This document shows, one piece after another, positions 28,090 through 37,791 of a DNA stretch of 64,000 bases (its first letter is position 1; the number at the start of each line of letters is the position of its first letter). The notes below the pieces were generated by a model. It saw only the letters and a program-made list of their open reading frames with translations, was not told the origin of the DNA and did not search any database. The DNA comes from Deltaproteobacteria bacterium (GTDB taxonomy: Bacteria; Myxococcota_A; Polyangia; Nannocystales; Nannocystaceae), in the NCBI GenBank assembly GCA_016712475.1, contig JADJRA010000001.1:1477414-1541413 (forward strand), written 5' to 3'. Both the position numbers and the translations under genes were made by a program.

Positions 28090-29060
28090 GTGCCCTCGTG
28101 CTCCTCGCGCTCGAGCTTGCGACGCCAGCGCTCCTCGTAGATGAAGAGGTCGATCATCAGCGGGTACCACAGCGACTGCATGCCGGCGTACATGAGGCCG
28201 GGCAGACCGTCGAGCCAGGCGTGCTGCGCCACCACCGTGCGACCGAAGTGCACGAACGGCCGCAGGAACAGCGGCAACTTGTTGTACGCCCAGCGCACGC
28301 CGACCGTGCGGCCGGCCTTGGTGCGCAACGAGAAGCCGTCGAGCCCGCGCCGGTGATCGTCGCCGTCGACGAAGTGTCGCGCCTCGCGCTGGGCGTAGCG
28401 CACGTGCTTGCGGAACCACTCCGCCAGCGGCTTGTGATCGTCGTGGCGTAGCTTGGCACCCAGACGGGTGACCCGCATGTGGCGGTCGTCGACGCGCTCG
28501 TTGGTGCCGCGGGAGAATCGCGCGACGTCGGGCCGCATCAGCCGCAGGATCGAGGCCCCACCGAAGCCACCGTGCTCGAGCTCGCGGCCCAGCACCACGA
28601 ACGTGAGCCCGACGTAGCCGCCGTCGAGATCGTCGCGGGCACAGGCCTGGTCGATCGCCCGCCACAGCGCGGGCGTGATCTCTTCGTCGGCGTCGAGGAA
28701 GAACACCCAGCGGTAGCGCGACTGCGCCTGCTCGAGCGCCCAGTTGCGCTGGCTGGCGTAGTCGACGAATGCGTGCTCGTGCAGCTCGGCACCGGCCGCC
28801 CGCGCGAGCGCGACGGTGCGATCGCGCGAGCCCGAGTCGACCACCATCACCGGCGCACGCCCCTGCACCGAGGCGATGGCCTTCTGGATGTTGGCCTCTT
28901 CGTCGAGCGTGAGGATGATGATCACCAGGGGCTCGCGGGCACCCGCGTCGGACGCAGGCCCGCGCTCACCGACGTGGGCCGAGCCGTCGTTGGCCGAGGC
29001 CTCGGACGGGCGCGCGGCCGTCGAGCCGTGGTGCGGAGGGAGCAGTGTCGAGATCGTCAT
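28086..29060 (-). CDS. family 2 glycosyltransferase
   Basis: ATG at 29060 (cat 29058-29060). GT2 features (LVIIILTLDEEANI, VVDSGSRDRT, FFLDADEE). Stop overlaps the methyltransferase start (ATGA). Confidence 0.7.
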   Translation of the reverse strand: MTISTLLPPHHGSTAARPSEASANDGSAHVGERGPASDAGAREPLVIIILTLDEEANIQKAIASVQGRAPVMVVDSGSRDRTVALARAAGAELHEHAFVDYASQRNWALEQAQSRYRWVFFLDADEEITPALWRAIDQACARDDLDGGYVGLTFVVLGRELEHGGFGGASILRLMRPDVARFSRGTNERVDDRHMRVTRLGAKLRHDDHKPLAEWFRKHVRYAQREARHFVDGDDHRRGLDGFSLRTKAGRTVGVRWAYNKLPLFLRPFVHFGRTVVAQHAWLDGLPGLMYAGMQSLWYPLMIDLFIYEERWRRKLEREEHEGT

Positions 29061-29215
29061 GGGATCGCGAGCCGGCGCAACTTCGATCGAACTACGTGCG
29101 CAGCATAGCACGACGTGCGGGTGCCGCGTCGGGCCGTGCGCGCGCGTGGTCCCGCCGGCGCCGTCGACACTCGCACCGCCACCGGAGTGCCGAGGTGCTA
29201 TGTTGCGTTCTGACG

Positions 29216-30604
29216 ATGGCGTTGGACCTCGCGGACGTGTACCGCCGATCGCCGGTATGGGCGCAACATGTGATGTGCTCGGTCGAGGGCTTCCGCCTGC
29301 GTCGGCTGCGGTTTTCGGCCGATTTCGAAGAACGCCTCGCGCAGGCAAGGATTCGCAGCGGCTGGACCATGGCGCAGCTACAGGCCCACCGTCTGGTGCG
29401 CCTGCGGGCGATGCTCGTCCATGCGCAGCGTCACGTTCCGTACTGGCGCGACGTGTTCGCGAGCTGTGGACTGCAGCCGGCCCGCATGCAACACGCCGAC
29501 GAGCTGACGGTGTTGCCGCTGCTCACCAAGGACATCGTCGTACGCGAGAGTCCGCGACTACGCGCAGGCGAGCTGCCCCACGCGGTCTTGCGCACGCCGG
29601 TCGAGCTACACACCAGCGGCACCACCGGCTCCGGACTCGAGCTGGTGGCCTCGGTCGAGGCGCTGCGCGAGCAGTGGGCGACCTGCTGGCGCTACCGCGA
29701 GTGGCACGGTCTGCGTCGCGGCACCTGGTGCGCCACGCTCGGCGGACGCGTCATCGTGCCCGCCGACGAGCGGCGTCCGCCGTACTGGCGCTTCAACGTG
29801 CCCGGTCGACAGCTGCTCATGTCGGGCCACCACTTCGGGCCCGCGACCGCGCCGGCGTACCTCGAGGTGCTGCGTCGCCATGAGATCCCGTGGATCCACG
29901 GCTATCCGTCGATGGTCGCGGCACTCGCCGACGCGGCGCTCACCACCGGCGCGCAGCTGCCCGCACTGCGCTGGGTGACGCTGGCCTCGGAGTCGGTGAG
30001 CGCTGGCCAGCGCCGACGCATCGTCGACGGACTCGGCGTGCAACCACGCGAGCACTACGCCCAGACCGAGTCGGTCGCGAACTTCAGCGAGTGCCCGCTC
30101 GGTCGCCTGCACGTCGACGAGGACCACGCGATGGTGGAGTTCATCCCGCACAGCCACGACGGCGGGCAGGCGTTGCACCGCGTGATCGGCACGTCGCTCG
30201 ACAGCTGGCACCAACCCTTCGTGCGCTACGACCTCGGCGACCTCGTGGTGCTCGACCACGCGCCCTGCCCCTGCGGCCGTCCGGGCCGCATCGTGCTCGA
30301 CGTCGATGGCCGCCGCGAAGACCTGGTCGAGCTCGCCGACGGGCGCCAGGTCGGGCGCGCCGGCGAGATCTTCAAGAAGCTCGAGTTCATCCGCGAGGCG
30401 CAGATCCGCCAGCGCACCGCCGGCGAGATCACCGTCGCGTTGGTCCCCCGCGGTGCTTGGACCGCCGCACACGAGGCCAAGCTGCGGGCCTCGGTCGACG
30501 CACGGCTGGGCAGCGACACCCGCATGCACGTCGAGCTGTGCGAGCAGCTGCCGCGCACGGCCTCGGGTAAGCTCCGCCATGTCGTTCGCGAGGGGAACGA
30601 CTAG
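29216..30604 (+). CDS. phenylacetate-CoA ligase / coenzyme F390 synthetase-like adenylating enzyme
   Basis: ATG at 29216 inside ORF 29045..30604. PaaK/CapK-like motifs (TSGTTGSG, YAQTES, ASGKLRHV). Confidence 0.7.
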   Translation: MALDLADVYRRSPVWAQHVMCSVEGFRLRRLRFSADFEERLAQARIRSGWTMAQLQAHRLVRLRAMLVHAQRHVPYWRDVFASCGLQPARMQHADELTVLPLLTKDIVVRESPRLRAGELPHAVLRTPVELHTSGTTGSGLELVASVEALREQWATCWRYREWHGLRRGTWCATLGGRVIVPADERRPPYWRFNVPGRQLLMSGHHFGPATAPAYLEVLRRHEIPWIHGYPSMVAALADAALTTGAQLPALRWVTLASESVSAGQRRRIVDGLGVQPREHYAQTESVANFSECPLGRLHVDEDHAMVEFIPHSHDGGQALHRVIGTSLDSWHQPFVRYDLGDLVVLDHAPCPCGRPGRIVLDVDGRREDLVELADGRQVGRAGEIFKKLEFIREAQIRQRTAGEITVALVPRGAWTAAHEAKLRASVDARLGSDTRMHVELCEQLPRTASGKLRHVVREGND

Positions 30605-30613
30605 GCCACCGTC

Positions 30614-32512
30614 ATGTGCGGCATCACCGGGATGATTCGGACCGGCGGCAGCGTCGACGCAGCGCTGCTCGATCGCATGACCGACAGTCTCGCCCACCGT
30701 GGCCCCGACGGTCGCGGCGTGCACATCGGCGACGGCTTCGGCTTCGGACATCGGCGGCTCGCGATCATCGATCTCTCGACGGGCGCGCAGCCGATGCACA
30801 GCGCCGACGGGATGCTGTGCATCACCTTCAACGGCGAGATCTACAACTACATCGAGCTGCGTGCGCAGCTGATCCGTGCCGGCCACCGCTTCGAGACCCA
30901 CAGCGACACCGAGGTGCTGCTCGCGGCCTACCGCGAGTGGGGCGACGAGATGTTCGGGCACCTCGATGGCATGTTTGCGTTCGGGCTGTGGGACGCGGGA
31001 CGACGGCGGCTGCTTTGTGCCCGCGATCATCTCGGCGTCAAGCCGCTGTACTACGCCGAGCAGCGCTCGCCGCTCGAGGGCGACACACCGCTGTCGTTCG
31101 CATCGGAGCCCAAGGCACTGCTGCAGTGCCCGTGGGTCTCGCGCGAGCTCGACCCGGTCGCGCTCGACGCCTACATGGATCTCTTCTACGTGCCGCCGCC
31201 GTTGTCGATGTTCCGCGGCGTGCGACAGCTGCCGCCCGGCTCGGCGCTGTCGTGGTGCGATGGCAAGCTCGCGATCTGGCGCTACTGGGACGCGCCACCG
31301 ACCATCGACGAGCGCCACGACCTCGAGACCTGGGCCGAGATCGTGGAGCCGGTGCTCCGCGACGCGATCGTCATCCAGACCCGCAGCGACGTGCCTCTGG
31401 GCGCGTTCCTCTCGGGTGGGCTCGACTCCTCGACCATCACCGCGGTGCTGGCCGAACACGGCAGCGCGCCGGTCTCGACCTTCTGTGTCGGCTACGGCGA
31501 CGAGGGCAAGAGCTACGACGAGCGGGAAATGGCGCGGGTGGTCGCTCGGCACTTCGGCACCGATCACCACGAGGTCGTGCTCGACATCGACGTGCTGCAG
31601 GGTCTCGAGGCGATGGTGCGCGGCTTCGACGAGCCGTTCGGCAGCCCGACTGCGCTGCTGTCGTCGGCGCTATCGAAGTTCACCCGTGGCAGCGTGACCG
31701 TCGCGCTCGCCGGCGACGGTGGCGACGAGCTGTTCGGCGGCTACCCCCGCTACCGCGGCATGATGCTGTCGGAGCGCGTGTCGGGCCTGCCCGAGGGCGT
31801 CTACAACGCCGGCGAGCGGCTCGCCCAGGGCCGCGAGGCCGCGGTCGCACGCAGCTATCGACGGTGGGCTCGCCAGTTCTTCGCCGGCGCGGCATTGCCC
31901 CCCGCCGAGCGCTACGCCCGCTGGGTCGGTTACACCAGCGTGGCCGAGCGCGACGGCATGTACACCCCGGCCTTCCGTGAGCGCATCGTCTCGGCCGGCC
32001 GCGTCGATCCGGTCGCAGCGTGCTTCGCCGGGCCTGCCCACGGCGATGCGGTCGAGCGCGCCGCCTATGCCGATCTGCACGGCTTCCTGCCCGAGAACGT
32101 GCTGCGCGGCTCCGATCGCATGAGCATGGCCTGGGGTCTCGAGCTGCGGGTGCCGCTTTGTGACGTGCGGCTGGTCGAGCTCGCGATGCAGATCCCCTCG
32201 CGGCACCGCGTCGGCGCGCTCGCGAGCAAGCGCGTGCTGCGACGCATCGCCGAGAACCTGCTGCCCAAGCAGATCCTCGAGCGCAAGAAGCTCGGCTTCA
32301 ACGCCCCGCTGGGCGTGTGGCTGCGCCGAGATCTCGATCGACTGGTCTCGCAGTGGCTCGCACCGGAGCTCGTGCGCGCGCGGGGGTGGTTCGACGCCGA
32401 CGCCGTCACCCGGATCGTGCACGAGCATCGCGAGGGGCTGCGAGACCACGGGCTGCGGCTGTGGTCGCTCATCGCGATCGAGCAGTGGCACCGCTGCTAC
32501 GGCGAGGCCTAG
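30614..32512 (+). CDS. asnB: asparagine synthase (glutamine-hydrolysing), canonical
   Basis: N-terminal MCGITG nucleophile, HRGPDG, NGEIYNY, SGGLDSS PP-loop. Starts 10 nt after the ligase stop. Confidence 0.85.
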   Translation: MCGITGMIRTGGSVDAALLDRMTDSLAHRGPDGRGVHIGDGFGFGHRRLAIIDLSTGAQPMHSADGMLCITFNGEIYNYIELRAQLIRAGHRFETHSDTEVLLAAYREWGDEMFGHLDGMFAFGLWDAGRRRLLCARDHLGVKPLYYAEQRSPLEGDTPLSFASEPKALLQCPWVSRELDPVALDAYMDLFYVPPPLSMFRGVRQLPPGSALSWCDGKLAIWRYWDAPPTIDERHDLETWAEIVEPVLRDAIVIQTRSDVPLGAFLSGGLDSSTITAVLAEHGSAPVSTFCVGYGDEGKSYDEREMARVVARHFGTDHHEVVLDIDVLQGLEAMVRGFDEPFGSPTALLSSALSKFTRGSVTVALAGDGGDELFGGYPRYRGMMLSERVSGLPEGVYNAGERLAQGREAAVARSYRRWARQFFAGAALPPAERYARWVGYTSVAERDGMYTPAFRERIVSAGRVDPVAACFAGPAHGDAVERAAYADLHGFLPENVLRGSDRMSMAWGLELRVPLCDVRLVELAMQIPSRHRVGALASKRVLRRIAENLLPKQILERKKLGFNAPLGVWLRRDLDRLVSQWLAPELVRARGWFDADAVTRIVHEHREGLRDHGLRLWSLIAIEQWHRCYGEA

Positions 32513-33764
32513 TCGCTCGTGGTGGCCTGCTGGCAGGCTCGAGCACTTCGAGCTGCACGAGCGCATCGACCAGCACGCTCACGCGCTCGACGTGGGCAGG
32601 ATCGACGCGCAACGGCGCCTCTACGGTAGCGTGCAGGAGCTCCGCGATCGAGAACGGCACGCCCTCGGTCGCCAGCATCCATCGACTCGGATCGACGAGC
32701 GTCGGACCGAGCTCGACCTCGATGTCGTCGCAACACAGGGAGCATCCGCCCCCCTCGGCGACCTCGATCCTGGCGTTCGCCGCGTGGCGAAGTCGGAACT
32801 GCGTCGAGCTCGCGGGAAGGTGGGCGAGTCGGGAGCTCGTTGCGCGTTCGATGACCTCGCGCACGTCCAACGACTCGACCAGCGCGTGCAAGCGATCCAC
32901 GGCGGCGGCGAGCTCCCGATGCGCGTCCGACCGTGCTCGCCCCGGCAAGCCGAGACCGACCGCCGGGCGACGCAGCCGCGGATCTGCCGTCAGCAAGGAG
33001 GTCATCGCGCGAGCCAGCAGCCGCGCCCACGAGTCGGGCTGGAACATGAACGACACCGAACACGAGACGGTGTCACCGATCGCTCCCGTGCGATGCCACA
33101 TGCCACTCGGGACGAACATCGCGGTGCCTGCCACGAGACGAACGCTTCGCGGTGTGTCGAAGGCCGAGCAATCGAAACGTCGCGGCCCATACTCGGGCGG
33201 CGACAGCCCAGGCAAACCATCGAGCGGACCACGGACTGGTTCGTCGGGGTGTCCTGCACGATGGGGGTGTCGGACATCCGGGTTGTCCGCGAGCTGCCAC
33301 TGCTTGGAGCCCACCACCTGCGCGACGATCACGTCGGCACCATCGAAGTGCCAGCCATAGGCGTCGCTGGCACCGGGCGGCGAGTAGACGATACGGGTCG
33401 TGACGATCGACGCGGGGAAGCCGAGCTCGCGCGCCAGATCAGCACCCACGTTGGCGAGCGGCGGGTGGATCTCGGCGTGGGCGATCTGGATGCTCTGGCC
33501 GTCCTCGAAGCGCCGCAGCGCGTCGTCCCGCTCGAGCTCGTGTCGCGTGACGAGCCGCCCCTGGGCATCCGCCGCGAATGACGAGAGGGTGCAGCGGCGG
33601 TCCAAGCAGGGCAGCAGCTGGGCCGGGTCATGCGGGAGCGCTGCGAGTGGTCCGAGCCGCAGGGGGTCGCCTCGAACCACCAACGACCTCGCGTCGAGCC
33701 AGGCGTGGAGCAGTGCATCGACGCTGATGCCGGGCAGTACGTCGCCGATTCGCAAGTGCCGCAT
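32469..33764 (-). CDS. JmjC / cupin-4 family hydroxylase (ribosomal-oxygenase-like)
   Basis: Cupin-4/JmjC-like core (WHFDGADVIVAQVVGSKQW..., MFVPSGMWHRTGAIGDTVSCSVSF). Last gene of the minus-strand operon. Its 3' end overlaps the asnB 3' end by 44 bp. Confidence 0.65.
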   Translation of the reverse strand: MRHLRIGDVLPGISVDALLHAWLDARSLVVRGDPLRLGPLAALPHDPAQLLPCLDRRCTLSSFAADAQGRLVTRHELERDDALRRFEDGQSIQIAHAEIHPPLANVGADLARELGFPASIVTTRIVYSPPGASDAYGWHFDGADVIVAQVVGSKQWQLADNPDVRHPHRAGHPDEPVRGPLDGLPGLSPPEYGPRRFDCSAFDTPRSVRLVAGTAMFVPSGMWHRTGAIGDTVSCSVSFMFQPDSWARLLARAMTSLLTADPRLRRPAVGLGLPGRARSDAHRELAAAVDRLHALVESLDVREVIERATSSRLAHLPASSTQFRLRHAANARIEVAEGGGCSLCCDDIEVELGPTLVDPSRWMLATEGVPFSIAELLHATVEAPLRVDPAHVERVSVLVDALVQLEVLEPASRPPRATRPRRSSGATARSR

Positions 33765-33772
33765 GGGGGACC

Positions 33773-35965
33773 CTAGTACACGGTGCCCGCGTGGTCGCGC
33801 GGAGCGAACATGGCGAAGCCGAAGATCGAGGTGCTCGCGGACGGCTGCGGCTCGCGCCAGTGCTCGACTGCCGTCCCTCGGTAGAGCACGGCCTCGCCGG
33901 GCTCGAGCCCGATGGCGACATCACCGGCGGCGCCGCGAAGCCACAACGGCCACAGCGGAGCATCGGGTGGCGACGTGACGTCGTAGGCGATCGAGACGTT
34001 CCAGGTGCAGCCTGGCCGATCGGTGTGTCGGAGTAGCTCGGCACGCTCGCCGTAGATCCGCACGTAGCACAACGTGGGTCGAACCTCTTCGTCGACGATC
34101 GACGAGATGATCGGGACCAGCTGGTGCTGCCAGAAGCGGGTCGCGACCTCGAAGTGAATGCCCAGGTGACCGAGATACCGGTGCTCGCGGTGGAATGCCC
34201 CCGCGCGAGCCAGGCCTTCGAGATGGCGGCCGAGTCCCTGCAGCTGCGGGCGGTTCAGCCACCGCGGGAGGCGTGCGTAGCCGAAGCTGCGGTAGTGCTC
34301 GCGCGCAACCTCGACCTCGCGGCGCCACTGCTCGCTTCGCCGCTCGCGATCTCCGGGCGCGAGCAAGATGCCCGCCTCGCGCAACATCGCGATCTCCGAG
34401 GCGTCGAAGTCCCACGCCCGCGGTCCCGAGGCCCACAGCGAGTCGAACCGCGCGGCCTCGCGCGGGGCCGCGCGGTAGGGCGCCCACATGCCGCTGCCCG
34501 GATCCCTGACCCACGCCGTCGGTCCGTGGGGAGCGAGCCGCAACGCAAACCCGAGCGTGGTCGCGATCTGTGGCGGCACGTCGGAGGTCGTCTGCACCAC
34601 GTGCTCGGGATTGACGGCGAACTCCGTCGACTCCGGCAACGCGGTGGCCCCTGACGGCCGTGCGCCGATCTCGGCCACCCAATCCTGCGAGACCTCGGTA
34701 CCCAGCGTCGGCGCGTCGCCGAGGACGCGCCGAAGTGCCGGTCGAGTGCGGATCCGTCGGGCGATCGCGAGGATGTCGGCCCTGCCTCGCTCGACGTCCT
34801 CGGCGTCGAAGACTGCGGCGACACGGGCAAGCAGCGCGTCCTCGTCGCAGCCGTCGAACAGGCCTCGCAGCAAGATCTCCGAGACGGGGTCTTCGGAGAG
34901 AGCGAGTGGGTCACGCAGTTGACCGAGCCACCCCCACAGGATCTCGTCGATCGCGTGCTCGGGGTAGAGCTGCCCGAGCAGCGCGCGCATGCATGCGCGG
35001 TCGGGAACCAGCATCAGCAGGAACAATGCGAGCCGCTGCTCGGGGTTCACGTCGGTGCGTACGCCGAGCAGCGAGTGCCGCTCGTGGACCCGAGTGATCG
35101 CCGCTTCGATGCGCAGCATGACGTCGCCGTGCACGGTGCGACCGCTCTCACAGAGGTCGGCGAGCATCGCCGACGGCACACCGAGCGCTGCAGCCCTCGC
35201 GAGCAGCTCGATGGATGCGGCGAGCGGCGACTCGCGGATCGCGACATCGAGGCAAGTCTCGATCGCGAAGGGCGCGAATCGTCGCGGCACCTCGGCCAGC
35301 GCCCGGTATCGGAGCCGTTCGCGGGGCGTCGGCGGCCGACGCACGTACGCGACGCCCGGCGGAAGGATGGTCCACTCGGGTTGGCGCGCCGTCGTGCGCA
35401 CGAGCACCGTCGCCGCGGCCGCGTCGAGCGTCATGCACTGACACGCGAGCGGTGCGGTTCGCACGATGCTTCGCAGGTCCCCCGGCGTCAGGACCTCGGC
35501 GCCGGCCCAGCTCAGCTCACCGAGGCGGACGTCGGCGTGCTCGCGCGCGACCTCGGCGAAGCGCCAGTGGGCGCGAGCGATACGTCCCTCGACGACCGCG
35601 AGCACTCCCGTATCGTGGCGCTCCACCAGCTCGGTGGTCTGCTCGAACCACAGCTCCGCCTCGATCTGGAGGCCATCTGCCGCGTAGAGCTCCACCACGA
35701 TCCCATCGCCTTCGGCGGCGGACGAGCTCCCGTCGGAGAACACGAGGTGGGCGAGACCGCGACAGAACCCGATCCCGGTCGTGGGTGTCCGCACGAGCAC
35801 GTCGTGGGCGATGTCATCGAACGCCGCCTCGGCCCGACCCGCACGGGTCCAGCGGCCGTCGATCCTCGCCGCGACGAGCTGGGCCCATGCGCGTACCGCC
35901 GCGGCATCGTGCGCGGGACCGAAGGCGTGCGCGCGCGCGGCCGTGAGATCCCAGGGAGCGCTCAC
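33773..35965 (-). CDS. large hypothetical protein with C-terminal 2OG-Fe(II) oxygenase-like domain
   Basis: GTG at 35965 overlaps the TPR gene stop as GTGA. 730 aa. C-terminus LLRHTDRPGCTWNVSIAYDV...VLYRGTAVEHWREP carries an H-x-D...H facial-triad-like pattern. N-terminal ~500 aa unassigned. Confidence 0.6.
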   Translation of the reverse strand: MSAPWDLTAARAHAFGPAHDAAAVRAWAQLVAARIDGRWTRAGRAEAAFDDIAHDVLVRTPTTGIGFCRGLAHLVFSDGSSSAAEGDGIVVELYAADGLQIEAELWFEQTTELVERHDTGVLAVVEGRIARAHWRFAEVAREHADVRLGELSWAGAEVLTPGDLRSIVRTAPLACQCMTLDAAAATVLVRTTARQPEWTILPPGVAYVRRPPTPRERLRYRALAEVPRRFAPFAIETCLDVAIRESPLAASIELLARAAALGVPSAMLADLCESGRTVHGDVMLRIEAAITRVHERHSLLGVRTDVNPEQRLALFLLMLVPDRACMRALLGQLYPEHAIDEILWGWLGQLRDPLALSEDPVSEILLRGLFDGCDEDALLARVAAVFDAEDVERGRADILAIARRIRTRPALRRVLGDAPTLGTEVSQDWVAEIGARPSGATALPESTEFAVNPEHVVQTTSDVPPQIATTLGFALRLAPHGPTAWVRDPGSGMWAPYRAAPREAARFDSLWASGPRAWDFDASEIAMLREAGILLAPGDRERRSEQWRREVEVAREHYRSFGYARLPRWLNRPQLQGLGRHLEGLARAGAFHREHRYLGHLGIHFEVATRFWQHQLVPIISSIVDEEVRPTLCYVRIYGERAELLRHTDRPGCTWNVSIAYDVTSPPDAPLWPLWLRGAAGDVAIGLEPGEAVLYRGTAVEHWREPQPSASTSIFGFAMFAPRDHAGTVY

Positions 35966-37509
35966 GGTGCCTCCGCGATCGAGCGAAACAACGCGAGGTT
36001 CTGCTCCAGGCGCGGCGAGTCTGGCCGGAGACGGGCACACGACTCGAGCAGCGCGAGCGACGTGTCCAGATGACCGTCGGTGACGGCGATCGCCTGAGCC
36101 AGCAGCGCGACCCCGCATTCGTGGTGATCCTCGTCCCATGAGGTCAGGTCGTGGCGCGACAGCAACGCACGCGTGCGTTCGTACTTCCCTGTGCGGTTCC
36201 AGAGCGAAGCGAGGTTGCAGATGTGATAGGGGCTGACCGGCTCGAGCTCGGCGGCGCGCGCGAGCGATGTTTCACCACGCACGTCGTCGCCCGCGGCGAC
36301 GAACGCACGACCCATCAGCGAGTGCGCGGTCGCGAGGTACGGGTCGATCTCCCGGGCCCGCTGGGCAGCGAGCAAGGCTGTCTCCGGACGGCCAGCCGCC
36401 AGCTCCCAACGGGCCCAATCCATCGGGTAGTACGGATACGTGGGATCGAGATCGAGCAATCGCCGATAGCTCGCCTCCGCACGTGCGGCGTCCCCCAGCG
36501 CCCGCAGGCAGAGGATGCGGTTGTACTCGAGCACCGAGTGGTGCAGATCGACCTCGGCGCCCGCGAGTTCACGCAGACGCGCGATCCCCAGATCGAGCGA
36601 TGCGAGCGCCTCGCGAACTCGCCCACGCTTGAACCATACTAGCGCGAGGCCGTTGCGGTTGAACACGCGACGAAACGCGAGCTCCGGGTCGCGATCGGAG
36701 GGGTCGAGGCCGACGATGATCTCGTACGCCTCCTGTAGATACGCCTCGCCGCGATCGAGGTCGCGAAAGCTCGAGGCATGGTGGCGAATCGCGAGCATCG
36801 CGAGCGAGTAGCAGGCCCGCGCGCGGTCGAGCGGCTCGGCGTGGGCGTAGACCCGCCCGAAGTGGTACTCGGCCTCGAACGGCCGCAGCGTGGCGTTGGC
36901 CGCGACGCCGAGCAGCATCTCGACCTCGACGTGGAACCGCTCGCGGGCAAGTCGACGCGCGAGACGCTCGCTCGTGTGGTAGTCGCCGACGTACGTGCAC
37001 GTTCGCGCGGCATCGAGGACTCGCACGAACTCGTCGTCGGTCAGCGGCCGCTCGCGCAAGCATGCGCTGGCGACCTCCGCCTCGCGCCGCCCGGCGGGGT
37101 CGTCCGACGCCGCCTCGACCTCGGCAGTTCGCGAGAACGTCATCTCGATGCGACAGCTGGGGAGGTGGTGACCAAGCGCATGGAAGAACAGCGCGGTGCC
37201 CTCGTGGATGTGCTCGCAGCCCTCGATCTCGATGCGATCGAGCCCACGGCAGGCGTGCTTGCTCGCTGCCGCGAGTGTGAACAGACGCTGCCGCACCAGC
37301 GGCTCGGTGAAGTAGCGCAGCTGGGTGTCGACGGTCGTCGCATCGGTGAGGTGGGACTCGGCGCGAACGTCCTCGACGCCGCCATCGGTCCCGCGGACCA
37401 GCAGGTGCGCAACCTGTTCGGGCACGCTGCTCGGGCGGTACCCGACGCGATCGAGGAATTCGCGGACCGGGGCGAACTCGAAGGGGGTTCGACGACAACG
37501 GACATGCAT
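35962..37509 (-). CDS. TPR-repeat protein with novel N-terminal domain
   Basis: ATG at 37509 (cat 37507-37509), located after the hairpin. ~170-aa unassigned N-terminal domain, then multiple TPRs. The ORF's extension to 37617 is Arg-rich and would run through the hairpin. Confidence 0.6.
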   Translation of the reverse strand: MHVRCRRTPFEFAPVREFLDRVGYRPSSVPEQVAHLLVRGTDGGVEDVRAESHLTDATTVDTQLRYFTEPLVRQRLFTLAAASKHACRGLDRIEIEGCEHIHEGTALFFHALGHHLPSCRIEMTFSRTAEVEAASDDPAGRREAEVASACLRERPLTDDEFVRVLDAARTCTYVGDYHTSERLARRLARERFHVEVEMLLGVAANATLRPFEAEYHFGRVYAHAEPLDRARACYSLAMLAIRHHASSFRDLDRGEAYLQEAYEIIVGLDPSDRDPELAFRRVFNRNGLALVWFKRGRVREALASLDLGIARLRELAGAEVDLHHSVLEYNRILCLRALGDAARAEASYRRLLDLDPTYPYYPMDWARWELAAGRPETALLAAQRAREIDPYLATAHSLMGRAFVAAGDDVRGETSLARAAELEPVSPYHICNLASLWNRTGKYERTRALLSRHDLTSWDEDHHECGVALLAQAIAVTDGHLDTSLALLESCARLRPDSPRLEQNLALFRSIAEAP

Positions 37510-37591
37510 GGAGACCTCGACGACGCGGCACCCACACCACGGTGCGGCCACGTTGGGGTCGCGCCGTGGATCGCGGCGTGCGATGTGAAGT

Positions 37592-37617
37592 GTGCGGACG
37601 GACAAGCCCGTCCGCAC
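37592..37617 (-). promoter_or_regulatory. stem-loop (putative attenuator / partial terminator) immediately after precursor-peptide gene
   Basis: GTGCGGACGG-ACAAGC-CCGTCCGCAC is a perfect 10-bp stem with 6-nt loop. It lies 13 nt downstream of the peptide stop and ~80 nt upstream of the TPR start. No U-tract follows. Confidence 0.5.
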
Positions 37618-37629
37618 GAGGTTGGCGAG

Positions 37630-37791
37630 CTACCGCCGACTCGGCGGGACCGTGTACATCAGCGGGCCGCCAGGCTCGAGCGGCGTCGACTGTCCGACGC
37701 CACCCTTGATCTGGGTGAGCTGCTCCAACGTCAACGATCGCTTCGTCGTAGGCGCCGGCTCCGGTGCCGGCTTCTTGTCTTGCTTCGTCAT
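37630..37791 (-). CDS. 53-aa putative RiPP precursor peptide with double-glycine leader
   Basis: MTKQDKKPAPEPAPTTKRSLTLEQLTQIKGG|VGQSTPLEPGGPLMYTVPPSRR. Leader matches the L(S/T)xxELxxIxGG consensus. Strong SD GGAGAAG 4-5 nt before the ATG (cat 37789-37791). High GC3. First gene of the operon. Confidence 0.6.
   Translation of the reverse strand: MTKQDKKPAPEPAPTTKRSLTLEQLTQIKGGVGQSTPLEPGGPLMYTVPPSRR

Noticed and set aside
37617-37617. ATG at 37617 as TPR-protein start
   Set aside because: It lies inside the 10-bp hairpin and only 13 nt after the peptide stop, and the encoded 36 aa are Arg-rich. ATG 37509 after the hairpin was preferred.
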